This document shows positions 1-16,430 of a stretch of 64,000 nt of DNA, in pieces (position 1 is the stretch's first letter; each line of letters opens with the position of its first letter). Position numbers and translations under genes: made by a program. The DNA is from the human T2T-CHM13v2.0 reference genome, Homo sapiens: assembly GCF_009914755.1 (NCBI RefSeq), contig NC_060938.1; one strand, given 5' to 3'. The notes under the pieces were generated by a model that made no database searches, had not been told where the DNA came from, and worked only from the letters and a program-made list of their open reading frames with translations.

Positions 1-1003
1 GAACTCAAACAACTCAATAGCAATGAAACAGATAATCCAATTTAAAAGTGGGCAAATGAACTGAATATATATTTCTCAAAAGAAGATATAAATATGACCA
101 ACAAATATATATAAAATTTCTCAGCATCACTAATCATCAGATAAATGCAAGTCAAAATGCCAATGAGATATCATCTCACCTCAGTTAGAATGGCTATTAA
201 AAGACAAAAAAAATGCTAACGCGGATGTGGAGAAAAGGAAACGCTTATACAATATTATTGGTAATGTAAATTAATACAGCCATTACGGAAAACAGTATGG
301 AGGTGTCTCAAATAATTAAAAATAGAACTACCATACAATCCAACAATCCAACTATTGGGTATTTATCCAAAGGAAAGGAAATCAGTAAATCTGCACCCCC
401 TTGTTTATTGCAGCATTATTCCCAATAGCCAAGATATGGAATCAACATATATGTCCATCAAAAGATGAATGGATAAAGAAAATGTGGTATACATACACAA
501 AGGAATACTATTCATCCATAAAAAAGAAAAAAATCTGTTATTTGTGGAAACGTGGATAAGCTTGCTTAACATTATGTTAAGCAAAATAAGTCAGGCAGAG
601 AAAGATAAATTCTGCATGTTCTCATTTATATGCGAACTAAAAAAAATGAGCTTACGGAAGCAGAGAGTAGAATTTGGGTATTAGAGGCTGAGAAGAATAG
701 AGGGGAGGGGAGGATAGGGAGAGGTTGGTTAACAAATACAAAATTACAGGTACATAGGAGGAATGAGTTATAGTGTTCTGAATCACTGAAGGGTAAATAT
801 GGTTAACTAATTTATTGTATATTTTCAAAAAGCTAGGAGAAGAGATTTTAATGTTCACAACACAAGTAAATGGTAAATGTTTGAGGTGATGGATATGTTA
901 ATTACTCTAATTTGATCAATTATACATTATATGTAAGTATTAAAATAACACTCTCTGTATCTGATAAATATGTAAAATTATCATGTGTTAATTAAAAATA
1001 AAA
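1..1003 (+). mobile_element. Old LINE-1 3' end (L1MA-type): end of ORF2 and 3' UTR
   Basis: L1 ORF2 C-terminal-type sequence (gagatatcatctcacctcagttagaatggcta, gatgaatggataaagaaaatgtggta), then an L1MA-type 3' UTR ending attaaaaataaaa. Confidence 0.85.
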
Positions 1004-1352
1004 GGGGAGAGGCATAAAAAAGTATTTTTAAAAAGAAACTTGTAAAAAAAACCTTGGTAGGTAGATAGATTTTTATTTATATTATATTGAACATAATATA
1101 TATATAGATATGTATATGTATCTATATAAAGACAACACAATTGGCTATGCTATTTGTGACAATGATGAAAGTTGTGATCTTATGTGTTATTATACATCTT
1201 AAATTTCTTATATAGTCTATTAAAATTAGAGATTAAACACAGATGAAGTCCTTGTGCTATATAGGTTTATACCTTACTTAAATCTGAGGTGGTGACATTT
1301 TGCAGACATTTTATTTAAGGTAATTAATTGCATCATTCATTAAGAACTGCTT

Positions 1353-2714
1353 TTCCAGAACAGAAGTTAACTGCATGGACTGAACTAATATAAGACTAAA
1401 ATACTCCTTTTATGACTTTTTGCTCAAAACGTTGCTGATTTTTTATTTTTCAGAGTCAAGAAAACTTTTGAGCTATTTACAGCTTGTAACAATTGAGCAA
1501 AGTATACTCCTGTGAACAAAATTTGGAGCATATTTGTTTCTCTACCTGATTTCTCCAGAATTTGGAAACTACTTGTGAGTATTCTTAACTTATGGCAATA
1601 TAGTTATTTGCATAAGTGCAATAAGAATGTTTTCTTTTGCAATGGGACACATTGGAGAAACTGGTTATTTTACCAAGGCTTTGACTGGAATGACATGCTT
1701 TCCTTTTAAAGAGTCATACTTGACTTATAGAGCCAATAAAAGCCCCTTGGGAAAACTGGCCTCATACCTCAACCACACAGTCCCTGTACAGGTTCCTGAC
1801 TTATGGTAAGTAAAGAATGCCACTTTCTGACAGGCTCAGGAGCCCCTAGTTATCTTGGGATCTCAGGAGGTGAGGAATTTAACCAACTTATATAGGTATT
1901 TGGTGGTTCAAACTCATGGCTGGGTTCAGGGCTTTATAAAAAAAAGTCTTATCTAAGATTTATTTTATGGAAAAAAGAGAAAAATTATTCTTGCTGCACT
2001 TTATACAAACAATCAGGCCAAATAAAAGACTAAAGCTTATTTTGCAAACAAATCATTCCTATTATGATTTGTCTTTACTAAACATAGAAGACTGGAGAGG
2101 TTAAAGTTATGTTTCAGGAACTATGTTACACTTGTTATTAGATTCTAGCCTTGTAAGTTGTTTCTGAGTTTTTTCTGCAATTTAGGTTGACTCTGCTTAT
2201 TCCTGTGAACCAACCAGTGATCTCTGGCTGCTGCTCAGAAGAAACAGGAGGGATGCATAGTGTAAAAATCTGGATCAGCATTCTAATTCTGGGCACATAT
2301 TGGAATCAGCTAGTAACTCTATATCAGTTTGGTTCCAACATTTGCCCAGTTCATGGAAAGCCTGCTTACTTAGTTTAGTTGGGAAAATTTCACTTATTTT
2401 GCATTACTGTTGTGGAATATATTGCTGTTGTACTCTTTGTATAGGAATGCAGGATAAGCTTACTGAATGTTTTCTTAAATTGAACACTTATTAATCTTTC
2501 AGATATCACCTTTTATCAGAACTCAAGAGTCATGAATGGCTTCACCAGACCCATGCTTTCTGATTGAGCTCCTCTCTACACTGAATATAAGAGTTTCCAA
2601 TAGGCAGAAATATCATCACCCCTGTTCAACACGAAGAAGATACAAAAGATGAATCTTTGTCCCTCTACAACCTTTAGGATTAAGGGTTCCCTTCTAAAAG
2701 AGAGAGGAGAAATC
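1353..2714 (+). mobile_element. ERV1 (MER4/MER41-group) internal sequence, 5'-truncated, ending in a polypurine tract
   Basis: Resembles recalled MER4-group internal 3' region; purine tract aaaagagagaggagaaa lies just before the LTR start TGTCAG at 2715. Confidence 0.75.
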
Positions 2715-3268
2715 TGTCAGGGGTGCTTGAACTAGTGCCATTCCATCTTGAGTAGGGGCTGGGTAAAATAAGGCTGAGACCTACTGGACTGCATTCCCAG
2801 GAAGTTAGGCACTGTTAGTCACAGGATGAAATAGGAGGCTGACACAAGATACAGGTCACAAAGACCTTGCTGATAAAACAGGTTGAGGTAAAGCAGCTGG
2901 CCAAATCCCACCAAAACCAAGATGGTGACAAAACTGACCTCTGGTCATCCTCACTACGCATTATACACTAATTATAATGCATTAGCATGCTAAAAAAACT
3001 CTGTCCAGTGCTATGACAGTTTATAAATGCCATGCCAATGTCAGGAAGCTGCCCTATATGGCCTCAAAATGGGAGGAACCCTCATATCTGGGAATTACCC
3101 ATACCTTTCCCAGAAAACTCATAAGTAATCAACCCCTTGTTTAGCATATAATCAAGAAATAATAAAAAAAAAATAGCTAACCAGGAGCGCTCAGGGCTGC
3201 TCTGCCTACAGAGTAGTCTTTCTTTTATTCCTTTACTTTCTTAAGAAACTTGCTTTCACTTTAAAAAA
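2715..3268 (+). mobile_element. MER41B-type LTR (U3-R only; U5 missing, replaced by an A-tract)
   Basis: TGTCAG...ccatcttgagtaggggctgggtaaaataaggctgagacctactgg matches MER41; contains the B-type segment with tandem GAS-like motifs; ends cttgctttcacttt + A6. Confidence 0.88.
3107..3115 (+). promoter_or_regulatory. GAS (STAT1) motif TTCCCAGAA in MER41B
   Basis: Perfect TTCN3GAA at the position of the known MER41B tandem GAS pair; the partner site at 3086-3094 is degenerate (ATCTGGGAA). Confidence 0.55.
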
Positions 3269-4329
3269 GGAACTGCTTAACGTTAAAATTACTACATCTT
3301 GGGTATAGTAAATAACTACCAGAGACAGTTAAATTTCATGCTTGATGAATTAAATGCACAAACTGCAGTCTACCCTCTTACATAGAGATTTTTTAAACAT
3401 TTAGTCTTGTTTGATGCACAAGAAATATTTGAAAACATTGACTAAAAGTTTTTTAAACTTTTTGAGTGACATTGCATCTTATATAAATGCTTAATTATTT
3501 TGTGCAAAAATGTTCACACATATGTATAATTCAATTTGGTAGTTATTAACAGTGAAGCTGAGCTTTAAAAATTTCATTAGCCCACGTAACAGTTGGCTCA
3601 TATTCCAATTTTAACATTGTTTTCCAGAAATGAAAATAATGTTCCAAAATACACACTTAAAGTCATGTAGTTGATACTATTTTTAATGCATCTTTTGAGT
3701 TTCTCTATTAATAAAAAAACTAAGTATATGGTTACTTTACATTTTACTTGTGGAAATCATATTTTACCAAAGAGATTATTCTATTTGCATTTTCTACTTA
3801 AAATACATATTATGGAGAATATTCTAGGGTGGCAGGGAGGGTGAGGGACAATACTGATAAAGTCTATATAAGGCAGTGTCTGAGTGTCTTTAACTCACAA
3901 TAGTTTGATATGGTCTAGAATATATGTGTGTAGAAGAGCATATGCGGATATTCACTAGTTCACACAGACACAGCGGCATACAGAGGCTTAATATTTCAGT
4001 CAGTGATGCTTGGTTTTGCTCCCACAGAGCACTATGGTCCTCTGTGTCTACCTTAGATATGCACTCACCGGCAACTTTTCTGAGTGACTATTCTCTTCCC
4101 TATATTTTTGGGGGATTCTCAATGTTGTTAGTTTGTTTATTGGTTTGACATCCTAGAAAAGATATAGATTAGAAGAAAAGTTAGACAAGAAATAGACAAG
4201 CCCTCACAGAAAACAAAGCCTTACTTTGAATCAAGTCAGTCTCTGATTATATTAAGTAATCTACACTAACTAGTTTCCCAAGATAATGCAATAAAGAAAT
4301 TGAAAGTTTATGGAAGAAACTTACGGGTT

Positions 4330-5233
4330 GGGAGGAGCCAAGATGGCCGAATAGGAACAGCTCCGGTCTACAGCTCCCAGCGTGAGTGATGCAGAAGACG
4401 GGTGATTTCTGCATTTCCATCTGATGTACTGGGTTCATCTCACTAGGGAGCGCCAGACAGTGGGCGCAGGTCAGTGGGTGCGCGCACCGTGCGCGAGCCT
4501 AAGCAGGGCGAGGCATTGCCTCACTTGGGAAGCACAAGGGGTCGGGGAGTTCCCTTTCCCAGTCAAAGAAAGGGGTGACGGACGCACCTGGAAAATTGGG
4601 TCACTCCCACCCAAATATTGCGCTTTTCAGACCGGCTTAAAAAACGGCGCGCCACAAGATTATATCCCGCACCTGGCGCGGAGGGTCCTACGCCCACGGA
4701 GTCTCGCTGATTGCTAGCACAGCAGTCTGAGATCAAACTGCAAGGCAGCAGCGAGGCTGGGGGAGGGGCGCCCGCCATTGCCCAGGCTTGATTAGGTAAA
4801 CAAAGCAGCTGGGAAGCTCCAACTGGGTGGAGCCCACCACAGCTCAAGGAGGCCTGCCTGCCTCTGTAGGCTCCACCTCTGGGGGCAGGGCACAGACAAA
4901 CAAAAAGACAGCAGTAACCTCTGCAGACTTAAATGTCCCTGTCTGACAGCTTTGAAGAGAGCAGTGGTTCTCCCAGCACGCAGCTGGAGATCTGAGAACG
5001 GGCAGACTGCCTCCTCAAGTGGGTCCCTGACCCCTGACCCCCGAGCAGCCTAACTGGGAGGAATCCCCCAGCAGGGGCACACTGACACCTTACACTGCAG
5101 GGTATACCAACAGACCTGCAGCTGAGGGTCCTGTCTGTTAGAAGGAAAACTAACAAACAGAAAGGACATCCACACCAAAAACCCATCTGTACATCACCAT
5201 CATCAAAGACCAAAAGTAGATAAAACCACAAAG
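4330..5233 (+). promoter_or_regulatory. L1 5' UTR internal sense promoter and antisense promoter
   Basis: YY1 site CAAGATGGCCG intact near 4339; many CpGs retained (gcgcgcaccgtgcgcgag, cggcgcgcc). Confidence 0.8.
4563..4778 (-). CDS. ORF0: LINE-1 ORF0 (71 aa, intact)
   Basis: MAGAPPPASLLPCSLISDCCASNQRDSVGVGPS...FSRCVRHPFL inside track ORF 4563..4847; ATG at 4778. Confidence 0.85.
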   Translation of the reverse strand: MAGAPPPASLLPCSLISDCCASNQRDSVGVGPSAPGAGYNLVARRFLSRSEKRNIWVGVTQFSRCVRHPFL

Positions 5234-6248
5234 ATGGGGAAAAAACAGAACAGAAAAACTGGAAACTCTAAAACGCAGAGCACCTCTCCTCCTCCAAAGG
5301 AAAGCAGTTCCTCACCAGCAATGGAACAAAGCTGGATGGAGAATGACTTTGACGAGCTGAGAAGAAGGCTTCAGACGATCAAATTACTCTGAGCTACGGG
5401 AGGACATTCAAACCAAAGGCAAAGAAGTTGAAAACTTTGAAAAAAATTTAGAAGAATGTATAACTAGAATAACCAATACAGAGAAGTGCTTAAAGGAGCT
5501 GATGGAGCTGAAAACCAAGGCTCGAGAACTACGTGAAGAATGCAGAAGCCTCAGGAGCCGATGCGACCAACTGGAAGAAAGGGTATCAGCAATGGAAGAT
5601 GAAATGAATGAAATGAAGTGAGAAGGGAAGTTTAGAGAAAAAAGAATAAAAAGAAATGAGCAAAGCCTCCAAGAAATATGGGACTATGTGAAAAGACCAA
5701 ATCTACGTCTGATTGGTGTACCTGAAAGTGATGGGGAGAATGGAACCAAGTTGGAAAACATTCTGCAGGATATTATCTAGGAGAACTTCCCCAATCTAGC
5801 AAGGCAAGCCAACGTTCAGATTCAGGAAATACAGAGAACGCCACAAAGATACTCCTCGAGAAGAGCAACTCCAAGACACATAATTGTCAGATTCACCAAA
5901 GTTGAAATGAAGGAAAAAATGTTAAGGGCAGCCAGAGAGAAAGGTCGGGTTACCCTCAAAGGGAAGCCCATCAGACAAACAGCGGATCTCTTGGCAGAAA
6001 CCCTACAAGCCAGAAGAGAGTGGGGGCCAATATTCAACATTCTTAAAGAAAAGAATTTTCAACCCAGAATTTCATATCCAGCCAAACTAAGCTTCATAAG
6101 CGAAGGATAAATAAAATACTTTACAGACAAGCAAATGCTGACAGATTTTGTCACCACCAGGCCTGCCCTAAAAGAGCTCCTGAAGGAAGTGCTAAACATG
6201 GAAAGGAACAACCAGTACCAGCCACTGCAAAATCATGCCACAATGTAA
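5234..6248 (+). pseudogene. L1 ORF1 (RNA chaperone), inactivated
   Basis: ATG 5234 to TAA 6248 is 1015 nt (2-bp deletion near 5360); premature stops TGA 5619, TAG 5778 and TAA 6108. Confidence 0.92.
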
Positions 6249-6284
6249 AGACCATCAAGACTAGGAAGAAACTGCATCAACTAA

Positions 6285-10139
<3,855 letters not shown>

Positions 10140-10599
10140 ACAATGAGATCACATGGACACAGGAAGGGGAATATCACAGTCTGGGGACTGTGGTGGGGTG
10201 GGGGGAGGAGGGAGGGATAGCATTGGGAGATATACCTAATGCTAGATTACCAGTTAGTGGGTGTAGCACACCAGCATGGCACTTGTATACATATGTAACT
10301 AACCTGCACAATGTGCACATGTACCCTAAAACTTAAAGTATAATAAAAAAAAAGAAGAAAAAAAGAAACACATAATCAAAAGGTTTTAATTTCTTTACCA
10401 TTTTTGTTTGCAGTGTCTGTCATTGAATCAAAAATTTAGTAATTTTTGGCAGATGAGGAGGAAAGAATGCGTGACATACTGAAAACAAAGAGAACTAACA
10501 AAAATTAGAAACAGATTCGCAAAAGTCTAGCTATTTTAGAAACTGACTTTATTACATATTGAATATTTAGAAATTGTATATATATATTAGGAATTAATA

Positions 10600-12780
10600 T
10601 GAGATATTTAAATATTACATTGGATATTCTAGATATCCTTTGGATATATAAAAAATTGTCTTGAAAATAACTATGTTTAATATACTTGAAGACTTAGAAG
10701 GCAAGATTGTGAATTTTGGCAGAGCACAGGATCTATAAAAAAGGATGACAGGAGGTGGAGACAGAATGAATGGTAAACAGATATTTGAAGAGGCAATGAT
10801 GAAATTTTTCTCAAAACTAAGAAAAAATATAGCCACTGATTAAAGACATATCATGAATTCCCATACAGAATGAATTTAAAAGACCACATGTAGAAACATA
10901 ATAGTTAACCTAGGGAAAACAAAATGCAAGAAAACATTCGTAAAATAATTAAGAGAAAAGGAGATATATTATCATCTAAAGGGCAAAAATAAAACTTGTT
11001 AAAAGAAAATTAATCTGATATAGATAGCTAGAAAAATATCATAAATTATACATAATGACAAAATATTGAAATGTTTTGGAATTAGACAAGAATGCTAGAG
11101 GTCACCACATCTGTTTGGGAATTAGCCAAGAATGCTAGAGGTCACCACATCTGTTCAGCATTGCCTTTGAGGTCATAGTCAGCGCAAGAAGAGAAACCAA
11201 ACATACAAATCTTAAAGACATAAAGATTTGAAATAAACAATAAGCCTACCAGTATTTGTAAACTAACATATTCATTTTGTAGAAAATGTAAATGAATCTA
11301 CAAATAACAAGATTACTGAATTCAAGGTTCATATGGAAAATAATATTAATATGTCAGTCAAAAATATACAAATAAAATTTAAAAATGCTAAAATAGCTTC
11401 AAAATGAACAAATATGTAGGAAAACATGCAAAACACATCATACTAACTATAAACAATTAAAATATTAATTGAAGAAATATATTGTATTCCTAAATTAAAA
11501 GAATAATGTAAAAATATGAATGCTCTTAAATTCATCTAAAAATCCATTGCAATTTCATTTAAAATCTTAGGAATATGGTATAATATTCTGAAAATAAATT
11601 GAAATCCAAAAGACCTAATATAGGCAAAATAATCTTGTCAAAAAAGAACACAATGGACAATATATTCTACCATTTATCAAGATTGTTGTGAAGCTGCAGT
11701 GATTAAGGTAGTGTTGTTTTGCCGCACCGATATACAATAGACCGGAGTGTTCAGAGGGAGATTATGCATATATGGACATGTATTTAAGACAAAGGTGGCA
11801 TTTTAGAGTAGTGGGGAATGGACAATATTTTTAATAAATGCTTCTGGATTAATTCCCATAAATGAAAACAGAATAATTAGCTTACATTGAAAGACATCAA
11901 CAGAGTTTTTTTGGCATACCTTTCAACCTCTGTAAACAGGTTATTTGCAGCCCGTATAAGAAAGAAGGGATTGGTCTGGAAAATATGAATAACTTCTACA
12001 TCTTAATAAGGAAATGAGAGACAGCCCAATAAAAAATGGGCAAAAAGACTTGGATAGGAATTTTACAAAACAGGAAAGATATAAAAGCAGTTACCCTGTG
12101 AAAATGTGGTTGATTTCAAATGCAATACTATTACTACAATGAGATACTCTTCATCAAAATGGCTGTTTGTTTGTTTGTTTCAAGACAATGCAAGGATGTG
12201 GAGCAACTTACTTCTCAAGTGCTGTTGGTGAAAGGATAAATCAGTGCAAATACTTTGAAAAACTTTTTGGCATCACCTAAAAAATATGAACATATGTAGT
12301 GCAGCATATATATACTCCTAACTGTGAATGTAACAGACATACATACATATATGTACACCAACTGTAATGTTCTGAAGTGTTCGTCACCATATTATAATAG
12401 CCAAAATTTAGAGAACATCCAAATTTCCATCGAATGTAGACTGAATTGTTATTTTCAATAAAATATCATATAGTAATGTAAATTAAATAATGCTATAGAT
12501 GTATAAATATCACATACATTCTTAAATAGCACAAATGTAATATTAACTGAAAAATATATTGAGTAAAATTTCGTTTTTGTAGAGGTAAAACAATCTGTGG
12601 TTAGTAGTTACAATGACAGCTCTTTTCAGAAAGGCAAGTGTAGGAACTGGAGTCTTCCTAAAGTAATGGGGAGTCTTCATTGGTGCTGGAAATCATGTTT
12701 TTTGATGTGATGGTGGTTACCGTGGTATGTTCAGTTTATGATAATTCATTAATGTGTGCACTTAGGACTTGATAACTTAA
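10600..12780 (+). mobile_element. Ancient L1M (L1ME/L1MB-like) fragments
   Basis: Degenerate L1 phrases (cccaataaaaaatgggcaaaagacttg, caaggatgtggagcaact) and a 3' UTR-like end. Confidence 0.7.
11072..11155. repeat. 40-bp tandem duplication (2.1 copies)
   Basis: tgttttggaattagacaagaatgctagaggtcaccacatc repeated with 2 mismatches. Confidence 0.95.
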
Positions 12781-12961
12781 TGGTCCAACCAATCATTCCA
12801 TCCTTTAGCTCATTATGACCTATATAGCAGTAGGAGAAAAAAGAAAAAAAATGTGGGATATTGCTTATTTCATTTCTGACCATTTAGCCCTTATCCTTCC
12901 ATATTAGGAGTTGTTATAAGATCTATTAACTTTATTAACCATGTTTTGGGCACTGTGCTGA

Positions 12962-13307
<346 letters not shown>

Positions 13308-14103
13308 ATTGTTCTTATTCCATTAAGTCTAGTTTGGATATAATTTTACATGATTGCAGAGACACTGGTATGGGACAGTTCTTTTGTTTCAGTATATGTG
13401 AAGTTTTATTTATTTTATTTATTTTGTCTGGTTTCCTAGAAACCTGCACTTACTCTGCCCTCTTTTTTACTACTAGGAAGACTTTGCACAGATCAAGTCA
13501 TATGATTGAAATTGCACCTCCATTTTTTAAGGCTAGAAAAATATGTTTAAAATGAATCTAACAAGCCCACAACTCTTTGTAAATAATTGTATTTATTATG
13601 TTTTTAATTGATTTAAGTATTTACTTGATAAAGTTAAAGTCTCTTACAAATGATATTTATTTAGAGTTCCATTATTTTTTAGGCTTCGAGCACTGGAAAC
13701 ATAGCCACCAAAACAAGTCAAGTCTTTGAGCTCACCTTAAACTAGTATCACAAGCAGAAATATTATTTTTAGTTTAGTAATTTGCTTTCACAACTCATAA
13801 TATACTCAAATTGGAAGTAGGGTAGTATGCTTGAAGTAAAGACAATGAAAAAGCAGCAAGTACAAAGAGATATAAAGAATAAAATCACACATGAGACCTC
13901 AATATGTCTTGCAAATTGATTTTTAAAATTTGATAAAAATCACTCCCCTGGAAATACAGCTACTTTGATACTGGTAAGCAAATTCCTACCTTTTTTTATT
14001 GAAGTTTGATTAAATATACATATAGAAATTTAGTACTTCAAATATTAGACCAAGAGAAAAAAATAGACTTGTCTTTCAACTAAAAACAAAAAGTTTACAA
14101 GTA

Positions 14104-14345
14104 CAGTTGACTCTTGAATAACACGGGTTTTAATTGTGCAATATGTGAATTTGTTTAAATATATACTTAGGCCCTTCTACATCCTCAACCAAACATGGAT
14201 CAAAAGTACAATATTGGCGGGATGGAGGACCAACTTTTCCTATGGGTGGGTTTGAAGGGCCAACTAAGGGACTTAAGTATGAGCAGATTTTGGTATCCAT
14301 GGGAAGTCCTGAAAATAATCCCTCATAGACACTTAGGGACGACTG
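14104..14345. mobile_element. TcMar-Tigger non-autonomous DNA transposon (MER2B-like)
   Basis: Inverted termini CAGTTG...CGACTG with a TA target duplication on both sides. Confidence 0.85.
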
Positions 14346-15512
14346 TAATGGAAACAAATGATTCATTTTAATGAAGATTCCTAAAATCGTGAATAAGAAA
14401 ATAAATACAATAGAACTATTAAACATAGAATAGGTTTATTAAAATTATTATGCATAATTATGTAACTAAATCAATAAAACTATTAAATATACAAATATAA
14501 CATTTCAGAGAATATTGTGGAAGACTGTAGTAATAAAGATTTCATTGAAATTGGCTAGTAAAATAAGTATATACAACCAAATTTTCTAAAAAAGGTAAAA
14601 TATCATTAAAAATAATCACAAAAAAATGGAAAAAGGTTTATTTGAAAATTATTTTCCAATAAACTTGGAATCTATAAAGTTTCAGAGGTGAATATTTTCA
14701 CATAGTTAGGGAATAGAAGCATATGCAGGCATACATGCTGTGGGAACTCCTCAATTAACTTTATAAAGCATCAAACTCTGATAGCAAAAGTTGATAAATA
14801 TTAAAAAACATGAAAGTTTCATGTTAATAAGAGATTCTTTTTTTGTTGTAACCCAGGCTCCCAAGAAACATTGTTTCACTCTCCCCTACCTTATGGAAAT
14901 CACCAATAAAAAAATTTAAAAAAGAAATAAATCAAAGTAAATAATGATTAACTCATATAATGAATCACATACAGACATTAAACATTTAAAACAATAAGGT
15001 AAAAAGGGACTTATGTTAAATTAAGTATTATTTAGTCTGAAGTTATCATACACTGAGTAACAAAATAGTAGTTCTACATGTATTATATTTGATCTTAATA
15101 ATAATACTACTGTTTAAGTTTTATTTTTCCTATTTGAGAACCCAAAGAAAGATATATTAGATAACTCGACCAAGTTCTTTCAATGAATGGATGAGACAGG
15201 TCTTGGATCTAGGCCTGATGGTCTCCAAAAGGCATGATCAGCCTCATTGCTTCCATACTTTGATTTTTCTTATTAAATCGAATGATATAAATTATATTTA
15301 TGAATAATCTCAACTATGTTCATATTTCCCCTAAAACACCCCAACAATGAAAATTATGCACATTTATCACTGAGTGGTAGAATTATATGTTATTTTTTAA
15401 ATTTATACATGCTTCCATATTTGATGAATAAAATTACTTTTTAAAAAATACATGCTTTTATAATTACAAAAATAATTGCCTTTACTTCCATAGAATGTCT
15501 TCAAGGTATCAC

Positions 15513-15560
15513 TCTCTGTCTCTCTCTCTCTCTCTCTCTGTCTCTTTCTTTCTCTCTCTC
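15513..15560. repeat. (CT)n microsatellite
   Basis: Imperfect tctctc run. Confidence 0.9.
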
Positions 15561-15585
15561 ACATGTACTAAACTTGAGTTGTCAT

Positions 15586-15623
15586 TTTTGGGTTTTAAAA
15601 GTTTTGGGTTTTAAAAGTTTTGG
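15586..15623. repeat. 16-bp tandem repeat (ttttgggttttaaaag) x2.4
   Basis: Read directly from the sequence. Confidence 0.9.
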
Positions 15624-15789
15624 CTTAATTGTGAGTTAGGAGAGGATTTTTTTTTAATTGCTTAATTCTATATCCTTACAGCTCTAAAGAAAAAGAAAAA
15701 AAAAAAGAAAATCAAAGCTAACAAGAACTCATTTCATTGGTTAATAAATAGCAGAGTTTTAAAGGCTTTTAAAATTGAACCACCAAGCA

Positions 15790-16430
15790 TTTGAGCTACC
15801 AGAGACCTTGGAAGGTCATGAAGTTCACCTTCTACAATGCTACAGAGACCAGTATAGCAATATATCAGGCATATTGTCATCCATTCTCCATTTGAATGCT
15901 TCCAGTGACAGGTTGCTCAAGAACATCTGAGAACATAGCCCATACTTAGGATGAACAGCTATAATTATGAAGAAATTTCTCCTTATTCTGAGAAAACCTC
16001 CTCCCTTCTTGTATCAGTCCGAGTATAATTGCTTTTGCAGAATCAGTCTATCAAATTTTATTTAGATATTTAATATTCCTTTCCAAAAATCTTTTAGTGT
16101 TTAATGTCTTCAAAATATTCTCATTTGAAACAGCTTCCAGGCCCTCAATATTCTGATCACTCTTCTGGGAACATTTTTATGCACTTGTCAATGTCCTTCT
16201 CAACTGTAATGCCAAGAACTGAAAATGATACTCAAGATGATGTATGATTAATGCACAAAACAGTAGAACTAGTTCCTCTTTTAATTCTGAACACCACATT
16301 TCTATTAATAAAACCTGATAATGCATTAGCTGTCTTTTGACAGGCATGTCACACTGTTGACTCTCAGTGAAATCACAGTTATTATAACTTCTAGCTAGTT
16401 TACATATGAAAAGTCGTTAAATCAGACTTC
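15790..16430 (-). mobile_element. L3/CR1 LINE fossil
   Basis: Reverse CR1 phrases: ttgaatgcttccagtgacagg; atgcattagctgtcttttgacaggcatgtcacactgttgactc. Confidence 0.75.
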
